Positions 26,248 to 39,085 of a stretch of 64,000 bases of DNA are shown in pieces (the first letter of the stretch is position 1; each line of letters opens with the position of its first letter). A model generated the notes under the pieces. The model was not told where the DNA came from. It saw only the letters and a list, made by a program, of their open reading frames with translations, and made no database searches. The translations under genes were made by a program, and so were the position numbers. The DNA comes from Podarcis liolepis (lineage: Eukaryota): NCBI GenBank assembly GCA_965112155.1, contig OZ218112.1. One strand, given 5' to 3'.

Positions 26248-26902
26248 TCACATTATTCCTGTCTTCTTTTATTCCACTTTCCCTTCCTCTCTTCCCATGC
26301 ATTTCTCTGCTCTGGGATCTGCTCCAGACGATTGGAGAGACCCCAGAGCATATCGGGGGTGTGGGGCTATGTTGTGGAAGCACATGGAGGGAAGAGAGGG
26401 AAGGGACCCCCATGCACAAGTAAAAGTGCTTCACTTAGGTCACACCTGCACTATGCATTTAAAGCTGCATCTTAGCATTTTAAACAGTCATGGCTTCTCT
26501 CAAAGGATCCTGGGCACTATAGTCTGTTAAGAGTGCTGAGAGTTGGTAAGAGACTCATACTCCACACCCCCCACCAAGAGCTACAACTCCCAGAGTGGTT
26601 TAACAATCAGCTCCTATCTCCAATGTAGGCATGGGTAAATCTGTCAGTTGTGGTTTGTTTCCATCTCTCTCCTCTCTCTCTTTGCATTTTAAGTTCAGTT
26701 CTCCACATTTCCGGATCAGTTTCAGATTATTATTATTTTTAAAGCCTCTATGGAAATTCACCAGCATTTTATTGCAAATTTCTCTGAACAGACAGCTTTT
26801 AAAAATGCACCCCCCCCCCAATTTAATGCATTTGAATTTATGTGCAAACTTTACCCTGGTATATGTATTTTTTTGTACATGTTAATTACCTGGAGAACTG
26901 TA

Positions 26903-27143
26903 CAGTGGTACCTCGAGTTACAAATGCCTCAGGTTACAAACGCTTCAGGTTACAAACTCCGCTAACCTGGAAGAGTTACCTTAAGTTGAGAACTTTGTCC
27001 CAGGATGAGAATGAAAATCGTGTGCTGGCGGCACAGCGGCAGCAAGAGGCCCCATTAGCGAAAGCACACCTCTAGTTAAGAACAGTTTCAGGTGAAGAAT
27101 GGACCTCCGGAATAAATTAAGTTCGTAACTAGAGGTACCACTG
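26903..27143. mobile_element. Tigger-like MITE in FGF13 intron 4
   Basis: TA|CAGTGGTACCTCGAGTTAC ... GTAACTAGAGGTACCACTG|TA; same family as 41380-41621 in the opposite orientation. Confidence 0.9.
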
Positions 27144-27320
27144 TACTGCAAAATTTGGAGAACTGAAAATTTTGAAGGATGGCTGAGTTTCAGCTCATGT
27201 ATTGTTTCGGAAGGCTCAGATTAGGAAGATTTGCCTTTAAACGCTAACTGACTTGAATTCCTCCCCTCTTCTCTATACTTAGAATAGCTCCATCTCAGCC
27301 CTGTAGAAACTCTTATCCAT

Positions 27321-27505
27321 ATGAACACAAGAAGCTGCCTTATAATGAATCAGACTATTGGTTCATCAATGCCTTACACTGTCTGACAGCAGCTATCCAG
27401 GGCTTCAGACAGAGAATCTTTCCCAGCCGTACCTGGAGGTGCCAGGAATTGAACCTGGGACCTTCTAAATGCAAGGAGGGGGCCTTGCCACTGAACTACA
27501 CTTCC
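27321..27505 (-). mobile_element. Squam3-like SINE (other copies near 3340, 3700, 6940, 15350, 15810, 21380, 21840, 32520, 33117, 43255, 46555, 49150, 49368, 56800, 59800)
   Basis: Reverse complement of the same head/body/tail pattern as 12258-12458. Confidence 0.72.
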
Positions 27506-27531
27506 TCCCTGCACATTTTCTACGAATGTCA

Positions 27532-27870
<339 letters not shown>

Positions 27871-29589
27871 CTAATGTAAAGGGGAGGGAGGAAACATCTG
27901 ATAATTTGCAGGCTTCCACAGGCCAAAAGGGTTTCTCCTCCTCCTGCCCATTTAGAGATCAGTGGCCTTCAAAAGAATTAGTGCAAGAAATAACACAATT
28001 TGGAGCACACGGACCAATTCTAGGAGCAGCCTGAAGGTAGCGTGATAATAAAATCCCAAGTGAAGAAGTATTGATCAGAAAGAGAATCTTGTTATCAGAT
28101 CACTAGCACCAGCAAGAAGACAGGGGTGAACAGACCTGCGTCAAGGATGGGAAATGCCTAGACTGAAAAAAAGATTTAGAGGGAGAATGCAGGGAGCAAA
28201 TGGTCTTTTACCAACTGAATGATGTTAAAACAACATCTACCGGCTACCTCATTACATTGCAATTATTTATTCATACCCTTTTATCAGCATGCTGCAGGCT
28301 GGATGCCCTTGGAAGCCTACAATAGCTACTGCAAGACCCGCGATGTAAAACCAAAACAAAACAGGGAGAGCGACAGACAAAATGATGGTCTTAAATTTAC
28401 ATGACTGTCTCTCAAGGATTCCTTGTGTGAGGCCTCTGTGAGCTGACAGGAGTTTTGGAGAAAAGTTGAGAGAGGAAGGGAATGAGGCTTAATGGTAAAG
28501 AATGATGGACAGTTGTCAAAGTGATTAGCAAAGGCAAGGTGCTGCTCTTACTTCTTTGAGAAATGGGCTTCAAGCTTTGCTTTCATTTGCAATGGAAGCA
28601 TATAGGGGGCTTTGTAAGCAATCTAGTCTGCTGCAGGAAATCTGAAGCATCTCCAAGAGAGGCCTGCTTAGACTCTGCATTAAGATGCCGAGCAGGAGAA
28701 TGTTAAATTTTAAAAGTTACAATTCTCAGATAATAATATTATTTGAAACCATATGCCAACTATATGGGGTTTGACAGCGGGTCAGCATAGATGGACTCTC
28801 TGCACCGTAACTTCTTCCAAAAGACCAAGTGATTCATCAGAAAGATAATACTATGCCCCCCCCCCCTTTGAGCAATGGATAGAAGGCATGACAACTCCTG
28901 CAATAAACGAATGGATAGCTTTTAGACATAGATTGTGTATGAATAAATACAGTGATATTTGGAATCCATTCAGACATCATGTGAGACCACAGGGAAACTT
29001 AGCTTGATGCCTGGACTGATGAACTATGGTTTGCAATCATGACCACAGAATCAGGAAACTTTCTGAATCAACAAAATCCAATTATGCTTATTGCTCCACC
29101 GTCAGAGGCTGCTAGAGATAGTATACTTATGAAGCCGAGGAGGTAAAAACTGAAAGCAATTCAAGCAGCTCTTAGCCACCATTTGCCTTTTTAGTATTTA
29201 GCCATGGTTTGTATGTTATGTGTTTTGCACAAACCATAGTTTGCCAGAGTCTCTGAAATTGAGCATACTGTGAAGGACTCAAGAACAAAATATGAGTTTG
29301 AATTGATTTTCAATTTGCTAACTGCAATGAGAATATTTGCAGCAAAAATCGGGAATGAAACAATTTACCTTCAGTCCAGCACTGGAGTGACAGAGCTTGG
29401 TAATCTCGAGTCTTCTAAGATTAACATACTAAATGCAAAATGGGGACATACTTACTGCAATCAGTAAGCGTTTGTTTTCACATTTCCCATATTAGCTTTC
29501 TTGAGCCTTATGATCCACGCTATCAGCGTCATCTGCTGCCCCACAGGTTAGAAATAGATTTAATGAGCTTAAGTGACAGGATGGTAGAT

Positions 29590-29805
29590 TTTGATGGAAC
29601 ATTAGGAGACACTTATAAACAGCAAGAGCAGTTCATCAGTGGAACCAATTACCATTGAGGGGGTGGGCAGGCTCTCCTTCACTGAAAGTCTTCAAGAGGC
29701 TACAACAGCTATCTGCTGGGGATGATCCAGTTTTAGATTTTATTCATTAAGCAAGTAGTTAGACTAGATTACTTTCAGGGACCCTTCTAATTATTCTGTA
29801 ATCCA
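29590..29805 (+). mobile_element. Degenerate CR1 3' fragment
   Basis: gcagttcatcagtggaaccaattacc...ctctccttcactgaaagtcttcaag...gactagattactttcagggacccttc resembles the CR1 ORF2 end and 3'UTR. Confidence 0.6.
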
Positions 29806-30529
29806 CGGCTTGCCACTGTCAGGTTACGTATGGGGCAGGCAGGTATGAGAGAGGTGGTCTGTAGTGGCATCTGAATTCTGTATTCTTAGAACCCAACCAT
29901 AATCAGCCTGGTTCCACCATAGTTTATATTTTGCAGAACTTAGAATGTTTAGAACAACATTCCCTTGATCTTTTCTAACTGATAATGTGTTTTAGTGGGC
30001 TTGTTTCTTACATATTTTAGCTATGGGTGCTTTAATGTAGTTGTTTGAGTGTGTATTTTAATTATGGGTAGCTGTAATTTTTTAATAATTGTTTTTATTC
30101 TTGTTTCTTTGCTGTTGGCTTTGATTTGCTTGGCATTTTGTCTTGAAATGAAAGGCAGTTTATAAATTCGAACAGCAACAACAGTACTTTCCCCAAGTAA
30201 CTGTCTCAAACAGGCATTTGCTTTCAACTGACTGATTTAAACATATTTTAGTCTCCTGTTGCTTTTCTCAAATTACTACTTTTATACAACAATGCAATCC
30301 TATGCATCTTTTATCAGAGGTTAGACCCATTGTGTTCAGTGGGGCTTACTTCATATCCAGCATGCACTGGATCACACTATCCAACTTATAGTTTATAAAT
30401 GTGATTATTTTATAACCTATGGTTTCTACTGCTCTGTGTTTGCTGTTTATGAACAGTTATGGGTCTGTGCTATGGGTTGCTGTATGGCTTTTATTTCATT
30501 ACATCTTATTTATTAAATTTCTATCCTGC

Positions 30530-30990
30530 TCTTCTTCTTCTTCTAATTTTTAAAACCATTTATTTCTATTTTCAGGTAAAAACACGCAACATAAAAACAA
30601 ATAGCCCCTTCCCTTCCCCCACAGAAGTGCACAAACTAGAAAAAATCAAAGAGAAGAATTATTTCCCTCATTGTACAAAAGTGCCATTCTAAAAGTCCCA
30701 ATGTGTTGCTGGCAGTCTGTAATCATGCTCTTTTGGCATTGCATAAGTAATAGAGTTGTAGCCAGTTGAGTAAAAAGTGTTGGATTTAGTCAAGTTGGAG
30801 TAGTTAATTTGTCCATCGATATCAAGCCCCAAAGCTGTGAATGCCAAGCCTCAAATTAGTCTGTATTTAATGTCCTCTCAAACCTGGAGATGCTAAGCTT
30901 TGCTGCTGTCATTAGGGTGGGCTATAAGGTCTTTATGGGGGAAATCTTGGGTATCCTCTGCATAATATGCTAACAAAGCAATATTATCTT
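30530..30990 (-). mobile_element. Highly degraded L1-like 3' fragment (similar remnants near 28780-28970, 33430-33620, 51950-52330)
   Basis: Minus-strand remnants resemble L1 ORF2 ends (..LMTAAKLSISRF.., IW.PF-like), followed by T-rich 3'UTR and A-rich tails. Confidence 0.45.
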
Positions 30991-31290
30991 TTTTCTGTTA
31001 TGCTTGTGTTGTAAGTTGCTTAGAGACTCCTGATGTAGCAAATAAAATTATTAAATAAATCAAACCATTATTAACTATTATAACTATTATCATTATTTAT
31101 AAACCACTTTGGGTATTTTGCTTAGAAATGTATGCTTACCATTAATGGAAATAAATAAATGCATACACTGGAGACACAGACTATGGCAAAACAAAAGAAA
31201 TAACATGACATTTTGTAAAATTTGATAAATACCGTAGATCTTTACGTTTGAGGGATATATTGCAAGTGAATATTTCTGTGAGACATATGG

Positions 31291-31421
31291 ATAGAACCAT
31301 AAAATTGTAGCCCCCAAGGGTCATCCAGTCCAACCCTCTGCAATGCAGAAATCCCTGGGTGGGCTCGAACCAACAATTTTCTGGTTAACAGCCAGACCCA
31401 CTGTCCCATCGCACCACAGGA
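31291..31421 (-). mobile_element. tRNA-Asn-derived short SINE with CR1-like 3' tail
   Basis: Minus strand tcctgtggtgcgatggg...ggctGTTaacc...ggttcgagcccacccaggga resembles vertebrate tRNA-Asn(GTT) and is fused to ctgcattgcagagggttggactggatgaccc...ttctat (compare 46444-46521). Confidence 0.75.
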
Positions 31422-31450
31422 TGTTGGAGTGTGTCACACACGCATACATA

Positions 31451-31795
31451 CGGTGGTGCCTCGCAAGACGAAATTAATTCATTCCACGAGTTTTGTCGTC
31501 TTGCGATTTTTTTCGTGTTGCGAAGCACGGTGTCGGGAAAGTTTTGGAAAAGCTTCAAAAATCACAAAAACCTCAAAAAAGGCTACCACACCACGTGCTA
31601 TGAGTTGCTCCTCGAAGTCAAGTCACAGCTGTATTAATGGTGTTAAGAAAAAGGAAACAAACTTGCAAGACATTTCCGTCTCGCGAAGCAAGCCCATAGG
31701 GAAAATCGTCTTGCGAAGCAGCTCTAAAAACAAAAAACCCTTTCGTCTAGCGAGTTTTTTGTCTTGCGAGGCATTCGTCTTGCGAGGTACCACTG
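31451..31795. mobile_element. Tigger-like MITE (young, CpG-rich)
   Basis: TA|CGGTGGTGCCTCGCAAGACGAA ... TTCGTCTTGCGAGGTACCACTG|TA, with internal gtcttgcga repeats. Confidence 0.9.
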
Positions 31796-33951
31796 TATGT
31801 AATAAAGCATATACGGTAAATATACTTGTTCCTCTCCTCAGACACATGTATTTGTCGTGTACATCCAGTTCATTAAAAAGGATAAAGTGCTCACAGCATT
31901 CCAGACGGTTCAGAGTAAAGCACTTCTTTTGCTGAAGCAAGCTGGCGGGAACGAAGAGTAACACCGTGGAGTACGTCATCCAATTAAGAGCAGTAGAAGC
32001 GGAGCCAAGAGCGTGCCGCGGGTGATTATAGCTTGTGTACAGTAATTTGCTGCTGTGCAGAGAGTGCAACACTTGCTCCATTCAGAGATGAATGATCAAA
32101 TTAGGAGCCAAGCCACACCATCTTCATCTTGCAATTTCTTCTTATGGCCCCCTTGCTCAGTCGTGCTGGAAATGCAGCTGCAACTTTCACCCGGTGGGAT
32201 GCTTTCGTGGGCTTGCATAAGTTTAGGAGACATGGGTAGCTGTTGACTGATCGGGGCATTTGAACGCTAGTCTCCCAACTTCTATCCCAATGCTTTCTAA
32301 CCACACTGGCTTACATAAGCTGATAACTATGTGTTTTGGGACACACTAATAGCTACGTGCTTTATCCTTGCTACTGGTCATCAGGGCTGCACAGAACTCA
32401 GGCGACATCAGATGTTTGTGGTGCAGGAAACCAAATGTCAAGACAAGTCGGTCTTCTAGGAACCTCAGCTGATGACCCCCTTTGACTCATCCATCCAAGG
32501 TATTTCTAGGAACACTTATCTACTCATTGCATCCAGAAGTCTGCCTCATATTGCATCAGGCAATGTGCCCTTCTAGCCCAGTATTGTCTACTCTGGCCAG
32601 AAGCTGCTCCCCAAGATCTTAAGCAGAGAAGTGCCATTCCTGATAATCCAAGAAGAAGTGCCAGGGATTCAACTGGGGACCTTTGGTGAGCAAAGTATTT
32701 TCCCCTGCCCTGCAAGTTTATTTTTGGAAATGCCCATATAGTGCAGAATCTGAAGGCAGCCAAATGTCCTGTTGAACCCTCAGGGGTTTTCTTCATGAAA
32801 AATATCTCCATCGAGTGACTACTCTCAGTCACTCAGCAACCCACTCCTTTGCTACTTGCACATTATCAAGAAGCAGGATCCCATTACCACAGCATGACCA
32901 CTGAGCTAAAAGTGTCTTTATAAAAAGAACAACATGAAGTTAGCATTTCCATCCAGCTCTTGATACATCAGGATTAAATTATAAGATAAAGCCAGCCGCC
33001 TCCGTGGCAGACTGATAGAGATGCAATTTGCAGGATTTTTGTTTTTGCTTTAAAAGTTAACCTTGACAGCCTCCACCATCAGTCAGTTAACGATCAGTCA
33101 ACAACAATGGGATAAGGGTGGAAGTTAAGTGGTAGAGCACCTGCTTTGCATGCAAAAGATCCCTGGTCCAACCACCAGCATTTCCAGGTAGGGCTAGGAA
33201 GAAAACCTGCCTGGAGGAGCTGCTGCAAGTCACTTCAGACAATCCTGAGCAAGATGGACCAAAGTTCTGATCCCATGTAAGGCCACATTCACACCATACA
33301 TTTAAAGCACTGTAACAAATTACTTTATTTTCTCCCCAAGGAGAAAATAACAACATTGAACTCGTCAATAACCACTGTGGAGGTGCAACAAGCCATTCAA
33401 AGATGTAAGATAGGGAAGACACCGGGCCCAGATGGCCTCCCGGCTATCTATTACAAAAAAATTAAAAGAATCATTATTTCTACCCATGAAAGATATAATG
33501 AATGATATTCTTTTGAATGATATATTTGTTTTTGTATGGTGTAGGTGTAATGGGTGTTTTTCCTTTTTCTTTGTGTATTATAAAAAACCAAATAATTTTT
33601 TAAAACAAACAAACAAATAAATAAAAGCACCATAATTGCAATTCAAAGAGTCAATGTATCTCCTAAAGAAGTTATTTAAGTGTTCTGTGAGTTGTCAGGA
33701 GGCTTCCTATTCCCCTCTCAGAGCTACAGTTTCCAGAGTTCTCTGGGAAGCAGGATTGATGACTAGTTGCCAGACTAATAGATAAGGGGTATATAGACAA
33801 GGGGTAGCTAACACAGTGCCCTCCAGTCCAATACAATAAGGCCTATGGTCAGGGATGGTGCGTGAAACAACCTTTGGGTGGGGGGCTTCACTTTAGCTAT
33901 CCCTGAAATAAGCAATGTACTGAAAATTGTCTCAAACCTTTGTTGAGTTAG

Positions 33952-34480
33952 GGACTTCCCCTGCATGAGAAAGCAGGCTGCAGCAGATTGAGTGGACAAG
34001 ACCAATAGTGGGTCCAACGATCAAGAAGGCAGTTATTGAACATGCTGTAGAGAGAAGTGAGGGGCCGATGGGCTCGTCCACCTGGGAAAGTAGCCCATCT
34101 AGGAGAACTCTGATCCTAAACCTTCACTGCCTTGTGGAATATATTTGGGAGAAGAAAAGGCTATGGAGTAAACCCCACACAAATCCAGAGCAGAGTCCCT
34201 AAGGCATTTGACTGGCCCCCTGCATTCCTCCTTCTGGCAACTCCTGCAGCCAAGCTGGTGGCAAAGGGATTGCTCTGCTTTCCTTTGGACCACATCAGTG
34301 AGGCCAAGATGGGGTCTTGTCATCTGGGCACCTCAGGAACATCCTCCATACACACTGCCCGGGCCCCAGGGAGGTCACTTCAGTGCTGCTAACGCAGCAA
34401 AAACAACATGGGAGGCAGCAGTTATGAGTTACCAGCAGCCATGGAAGGCACTGTGGTTCTCTAGTGGTTTCTCTTTACCC
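33952..34480 (+). mobile_element. Interspersed repeat, possibly derived from an RTE-clade 5' region
   Basis: A diverged reverse-complement copy exists at 42780-43210 (shared ctctgatcctaaacc, ggagtaaacc, ttcctttggaccacat). Family assignment is tentative. Confidence 0.55.
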
Positions 34481-35442
34481 CTGAAGGCACACTCTATTGT
34501 GCCTTGAGACAGACAGATGCAAACCACAGCAATACACTGAAAACCCACCATTAGAATGGGTGAGCCATGTTTGGAGAGCAGGCTCATATATTCCAAGAAG
34601 TTAAGAGGGTGTTTTTGTCAGGAGTCCAATATTGTCTGTTTGAGGTCTGCAGAGAGACACACACATTGCAGCCAAACTCCACAGCCTGACTGTTAGGGCA
34701 GGCCAACCAGCACTGGAAGAAATGGCCACCCACTTGGATGGTTTTAAAAGAGGATTGGATGGATTCATGGAGGACAAGGCAATAAATGACCATTAAGTAA
34801 GATAGCTATGCTCTGCTTCCACAGTCGGAGGCTATAGGAGGGGAGACTGCCCTTCTGATGTGGTTCTGCTTGAAAGTTTCCCATGGGCATCTGTTTGGCC
34901 ACTGTGAGAACAGAATGCTGGACTCGATGGGCCATTGGCTTGATGCTGCAGGCTGTTCTTATGTTTTTGTGAGAACATATGCATCACTCTTGTATAAGAA
35001 CAGGTCACATATAAAGCACTCTTATAGCACTTTAGAAGTTGTGGCTTCCTCTCAAGAATCCTGGGAACTGTGGTTTGTTAGGGGTACTGAGAGTTGTAAA
35101 GGATGTGTTGATACGACCTCAGATCAACCACCTAACCAGTTGAATATTAGTAGTAGTAGCAGCAGCAGTAGTAAAATGAAGAAGTAATAATTCACAACCC
35201 CTACAGCAGAAAACAAACTTCTGTTCTAAAGAGAAAAGGCCCAGCAAGTTCCATTTGCCACCCATAATTCTTTGCCCTGCCTGGTGCTCCAAACTGTAAA
35301 TTAGCCAGACCTTTTGTTCAAACAAAGCAAGTATCTTATTATTTTAAGCTTCTTCATCGTGCTGCTCTGCATAATAACCCCACAGATGGATCTGGAATCT
35401 GGTCTATGTGAAAGAGCCCTTTCCAGCATTTTTGCTCCAGAG

Positions 35443-35501
35443 AGAGAAGAGAAGAGAAGAGAAGAGAAGAGAAGAGAAGAGAAGAGAAGAGAAGAGAAGA
35501 G
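35443..35501. repeat. (GAAGA)n microsatellite
   Basis: Direct reading. Confidence 0.95.
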
Positions 35502-36248
35502 ACCTAACCAGCTCTTTTGCAATGGTTGAAACCGCCAACTCCTCTGAAAGCTCAAAGATGTTCAGTAAAAGGAAGGGCTTTCCCCAAAGATCTAACAACC
35601 TTGGTCGATGATGAAATAACTCCAGCACTGTTCAAACTCGGGGGCTGCCTTTTCACATCAGGCATACAGGTTGATCGCTAAAAGACATATTACTGCACAC
35701 ATATAGCACCTGTGCTTTAAAAAATGAAAAGAAAAGATGGCACCAACTGCCTCTTGGCAAAGGTTTTATTATTATATTTTAAGGCCTGATTAGCTTGGGG
35801 CCGTGCAGTGTTGGGAATCCCCCCCCCCAAAAAAAACAAAACCCCAGAAAGTTTTCAAAGGCTTTGTTTTTCCATGGCCATTTTTCCATTTCATAATGGA
35901 ACTTTTCATAATGCATTTCCACCCCATTTCATAATGCTTGACAAAACTGATGGCCACCAACCTGGATGGCTTTAAAAGAGAGGATGAATGCTATCAATGG
36001 CGATGGGCTATGTTCCGCTATCAGATCCACTGTGTCTCTGAATACCAATGGCTGGGTATCACAAGTGGGAGAGAGCTGTTGTGCTCAGGTCCTGCTTTTG
36101 GGTTTTCCACTAGCGTCTGATTACACTTACACTTACACACACACACAGAAACAATTTCACCACCACCTGTTTCCACCCATTTCCCAGAAACATGTAAAGG
36201 GGAGAATATTAAACCTGGTCTTGGTTTGTGACATCTCATTGAAATGCA

Positions 36249-36252
<4 letters not shown>

Positions 36253-36307
<55 letters not shown>
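36253..36307. repeat. (TA)n microsatellite, left flank of the PLE
   Basis: Pure TA run abutting the element. Confidence 0.95.
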
Positions 36308-36310
<3 letters not shown>

Positions 36311-36385
36311 TTCGTAGATTTTCACGGGTACAGGAATGCAGGTTTTGGTGTCCTCGGGTGTCTTCCCGTGTAAAAGTTGGGGTGT

Positions 36386-36430
36386 CTAGGCGACGTTTCG
36401 ACGAGGTCTCACTCGTCATCTTCAGGCTGG
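36386..36430 (-). ncRNA. Minimal hammerhead ribozyme motif, inverted-arm copy (sense to FGF13 pre-mRNA)
   Basis: Exact reverse complement of 39086-39130. Confidence 0.7.
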
Positions 36431-36660
36431 TGCTTTCGGCTTCTTGTTACTGGAACAGAGCGGGATCTCAGTGTTTGAGTTCCTATAAATACTGTAGAGG
36501 GGTGTGGTGTATTGCCTCAAAAGTTCTGGGCAGAGGGGAAGTTCCCAGGCTAGTGTTCTTTTCTTCTTTTGTTCCTTAATTACTTGAGGGATATCTTGAG
36601 TGATTTCTTGAGTGATATTCTGAGTACCACTTAGGTGGGTCATTAGGTGTGGATTAGTTG

Positions 36661-37296
36661 CTAAAGCCTTCGTGTCTTGACCTCTTGAATTTGTGAAGAG
36701 TTTTTCTGGGAAGATGGCTGTACTGCACTTAGTTGTGCTTTGGCTTGGCTTCGTGTATAGGGGCGAGCTGTGGTTTTGTGCCCTGTGCCAGCCAGATCTG
36801 TGTAGGGATTGCAGGGGGGTGCAGCATCCGGAGTTGCCACCATGGTTTGGTTACTGGATGGTGTCTGTAATTTATCTGTGGAGAGGGTCTGGGTTTGGGT
36901 CTGGTGTGGTTGATTGGTGGTGGCGTTCTGTGTGCCTCTGGATCTGGTGTCGGTTTTTGTGGGGAGGGCTAATTTCCAGATGTCTGGCAGGCGGGACGTG
37001 TCGTCACGCTTGTTCATGTTGTGAGGGTGTTTCTCTATCTCGATGGCTTCCATGATTATTCTCTTGTGGTGATGTTCCATGTTAAAGAGCAATTTGGAAT
37101 CTGCAAAATTAATTTCGTGTCCTGTTTCTTTCATGTGTTGGAAAAGAGAGGAAGATTTTTCTTCTTTTTTGACGGCATTCTTGTGTTCTGCGATACGTGC
37201 ATTTATTCGTCTGTTTGTTTGTCCAATGTACGTGGCTGGGCAGACTTTGCAGGGTATTTCATAGACCCCTTGGTTTTCCAACTGGATTTTATCTTT
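36661..37296 (-). pseudogene. Inverted duplicate of the PLE GIY-YIG endonuclease region
   Basis: ORF 36661..37281(-) matches the C-terminal part of ORF 37692..38855 residue for residue from ENQGVY onward. Confidence 0.92.
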
Positions 37297-38855
37297 CAGC
37301 CCTATGCAGAATCCATCTCTTCACACGTTACAAACTCCTTCCAGTTCATAGAAACAATAAAGAAGCAAAACCTACATCCCGATGACCTACTTGTGAGCTT
37401 CGATGTTGTATCTCTCTTCACACAAGTGCCCATTAATGAAGCCTTGACAGCCATTCAAAACAAATACAATCCCCCCGAATACATCCTGGACCTGACCAAC
37501 CACTGCCTAACCAACACGTACTTCATCCACAATGGACAAAGATACAAACAGATAGAAGGAGCACCTATGGGATCACCCCTCTCACCGGTCATCGCAAATC
37601 TGTACATGGAACACTTTGAAACCAATGCTTTAGACAAGTCAGAACACAAACCCAAACTTTGGCTCAGATATGTTGACGACACCTTTGTAATTTGGCCGCA
37701 CGGGAAAGAAAAACTGATAGCTTCCTCACACATCTCAACAGCCTACACCCCAAAATACAATTCACTATGGAAATAGAAGCCAACAACCAGCTTCCCTTCC
37801 TTGACGTCCTAATCTACAAAAAACCTGATGGCTCCCTAGGACACACTATCTACCGGAAAAAAACACACACCAACCGCTACTTACATGCTCAATCACACCA
37901 CCACCCTGCACAAATAAACTCCGTAGCCAAGACCCTCATCTCCAGAACCAAACGCCTGGCTGACAAAGACCACTTGACAACTGAGTTACAGAATCTCTCA
38001 AATGTGTTAATCGCCAATGGATACCAGCAAAACAGGGTTAAGAAGCTAATCCAAAAAGAAACACCCCCCAAAAACCAAGACACGGAAGAAAACAATGGCA
38101 TGGCCCTCCTTCCTTATATCAAGGGCACTACAGATAAAATTAGCAAAATCCTCCATAAACACAATATCAAAACAGCCTTTTGCACCAACCAAAAAATAGC
38201 CAATATCCTCAGAAACCCCAAAGATAAAATCCAGTTGGAAAACCAAGGGGTCTATGAAATACCCTGCAAAGTCTGCCCAGCCACGTACATTGGACAAACA
38301 AACAGACGAATAAATGCACGTATCGCAGAACACAAGAATGCCGTCAAAAAAGAAGAAAAATCTTCCTCTCTTTTCCAACACATGAAAGAAACAGGACACG
38401 AAATTAATTTTGCAGATTCCAAATTGCTCTTTAACATGGAACATCACCACAAGAGAATAATCATGGAAGCCATCGAGATAGAGAAACACCCTCACAACAT
38501 GAACAAGCGTGACGACACGTCCCGCCTGCCAGACATCTGGAAATTAGCCCTCCCCACAAAAACCGACACCAGATCCAGAGGCACACAGAACGCCACCACC
38601 AATCAACCACACCAGACCCAAACCCAGACCCTCTCCACAGATAAATTACAGACACCATCCAGTAACCAAACCATGGTGGCAACTCCGGATGCTGCACCCC
38701 CCTGCAATCCCTACACAGATCTGGCTGGCACAGGGCACAAAACCACAGCTCGCCCCTATACACGAAGCCAAGCCAAAGCACAACTAAGTGCAGTACAGCC
38801 ATCTTCCCAGAAAAACTCTTCACAAATTCAAGAGGTCAAGACACGAAGGCTTTAG
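37297..38855 (+). pseudogene. PLE RT-GIY-YIG polyprotein, 5'-truncated, one frameshift near 37716
   Basis: ORF 37021..37776 (RT, genuine only from ~37297) joins ORF 37692..38855 (thumb + endonuclease) if one base is restored at AAA CTG [G]AT AGC (HGKEKL-DSFLTHLN). There is no extra Cys finger between RT and EN, which argues against the Neptune clade. Confidence 0.9.
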
Positions 38856-39085
38856 CAACTAATCCACACCTAATGACCCACCTAAGTGGTACTCAGAATA
38901 TCACTCAAGAAATCACTCAAGATATCCCTCAAGTAATTAAGGAACAAAAGAAGAAAAGAACACTAGCCTGGGAACTTCCCCTCTGCCCAGAACTTTTGAG
39001 GCAATACACCACACCCCTCTACAGTATTTATAGGAACTCAAACACTGAGATCCCGCTCTGTTCCAGTAACAAGAAGCCGAAAGCA

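Noticed and set aside
31355-31421. Functional tRNA-Asn gene
   Set aside because: D-arm and variable region are degenerate and the sequence is fused to a CR1-like tail; it is a SINE head.
31429-32081. 168-aa and 152-aa ORFs
   Set aside because: Mostly read through a Tigger-like MITE; no transposase motifs.
35301-35628. REEKR / FSSLL repeat proteins
   Set aside because: Translations of a (GAAGA)n microsatellite.
37021-37296. N-terminal part of ORF 37021..37776 as genuine protein
   Set aside because: It is antisense endonuclease sequence read through the inversion junction; real RT homology starts at ~37297.
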